A stretch of 61,112 nt of DNA, counting the filler, from Globobulimina sp. (Eukaryota): NCBI GenBank assembly GCA_003354225.1. It is 17 parts of 17 records of this genome, joined end to end, with 100 filler letters (N's around TTAATTAATTAA, not from the genome) between each part and the next. Parts side by side here need not be neighbours in the genome. Positions count along the whole stretch, not along the records: positions 57,615 to 61,112 come from PIVH01002661.1; 16 more parts are not named here. The stretch is one strand, 5' to 3'. The notes beneath the pieces are model-generated. The model worked only from the letters and a program-made list of their open reading frames with translations. It ran no database searches and was not told the origin of the DNA. How positions within the stretch are numbered: the stretch's first letter is position 1; each line of letters starts with the position of its first letter. The position numbers and the translations under genes are program-made. This document shows positions 60,114-61,112 of this stretch, piece by piece.

Positions 60114-61107
60114 CTCAAACTTTAGTGTTCTTAAAGGTCATTGTTTAGAACCGAGACGTAACAGCAAATTATTCAAACAGACTTTATTGGTCTTTCATCT
60201 CTATATCAGTCACAAGTTATTTAAGAATCCAAATTATATCATATTATCATTACCATGTATTTACAAATGGATCAAATCTCCAATATTTATTTATCAACAC
60301 ATAACGTCAACACTTAATGCTGATTGTTTGATTTATCTTGTTTCATTTGTATGATTTCTAATTATAACTAGTTAACCAGTAGAATACAATATATCCTGTA
60401 TACGATGTCTATATTTTGTTTTTGATGACGATTATTGTGTTTTTGAAATACCGGTCAGACGAAACGGAGGCATACTGTTTACCGGGACAGCAAAGGGGGG
60501 CCATTAAGTATTTTACGCACATGTAAAGTGCTCATCATATACTATTTGTTTTTTGTTTTTTTTCGTAGTTAGTCAGACACAGAATATTCAAATAATATGT
60601 ATAAATAACATTGTTTGGTACCAACTCCAATGTAAATATTTTCATTCTCATCTGGTTTCCACATATTTTGATAGACATAATCTTGGGAATAACCAGTCTT
60701 CCATCGATGTATAGCGTCACCATTTGATATATTGGTACCTAAAGGTTGAGAGAATGCAGCCAATGGCTTTGGCAACGAATACTTTCAACGATATATTCCA
60801 AAAGATAACCCCCACTTTGTATAACTTTGATGTAAATACACAATGTATACGTAAATATATTTTAAATACAATGGCGTATTATTTGTATTTTTATTCTTTT
60901 AATTATGCTGTATTTTTATTTAATATTACGATTTCTGTCAAGAACTGGTGGATAATATCATTTGTTTATTAATTAAGATCGATATCGTGGTATATCATAT
61001 TATCATTCAAACTTTAGTGTTCTTAAAGGTCATTGTTTAGACCGAGACGTAACAGCAAATTATTCAAACAGACTTTATTGGTCTTTCATCTCTATATCAG
61101 TCACAAA
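60114..61107. repeat. ~100-bp direct repeat, two copies ~890 bp apart
   Basis: TCAAACTTTAGTGTTCTTAAAGG...CAGTCACAA at ~60114-60215 and ~61006-61107, differing by one indel. Confidence 0.9.
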
Positions 61108-61112
61108 TTTCT

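Noticed and set aside
60505-60545. Hammerhead-ribozyme-like core on the minus strand (TGATGA-GCAC..GTGC-GTAAA)
   Set aside because: The conserved CUGA and GAAA are both imperfect, and I could not build stems I and III.
1-61112. Gene-cluster or operon interpretation across the window; track ORFs ending in X..LIN
   Set aside because: Contigs are joined artificially in size order, so adjacency across linkers and the linker-derived stops carry no meaning.

Overview
This window is not one locus. It is 17 unrelated contigs of about 3.5 kb, sorted by decreasing length and joined by 100-nt artificial linkers (N-run, TTAATTAATTAA, N-run), so no neighbourhood across a linker is meaningful. Most contigs are AT-rich, gene-dense eukaryotic DNA with short (~55-115 nt) GT-AG introns. 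Their gene repertoire resembles a foraminiferan or other rhizarian (inference): TBCE, MCM4, UPF3, GH3, a sterol desaturase-family gene, LtrA, an Ap4A phosphorylase, a BIRC6-type E2, stomatins and Cys-rich surface proteins. Two contigs (39620-43119, 54017-57514) look metazoan, probably nematode, and one short piece (3604-~4040) looks bacterial. Best leads: (1) a single-pass membrane protein joining a large beta-helix/Ig-like ectodomain to an intracellular caspase-fold domain with an intact His/Cys dyad; (2) a LINE whose ORF1 and ORF2 are bridged by a third ORF overlapping both; (3) a contig with one reading frame open end to end, across intron-like DNA and an antisense gene; (4) an intact KDZ-type transposase; (5) a 3.2-kb palindrome; (6) head-to-head stomatins homogenised only in exon 2; (7) lone in-frame stops in otherwise intact genes, including UPF3. 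All family calls come from motif recognition by eye; no searches were run.
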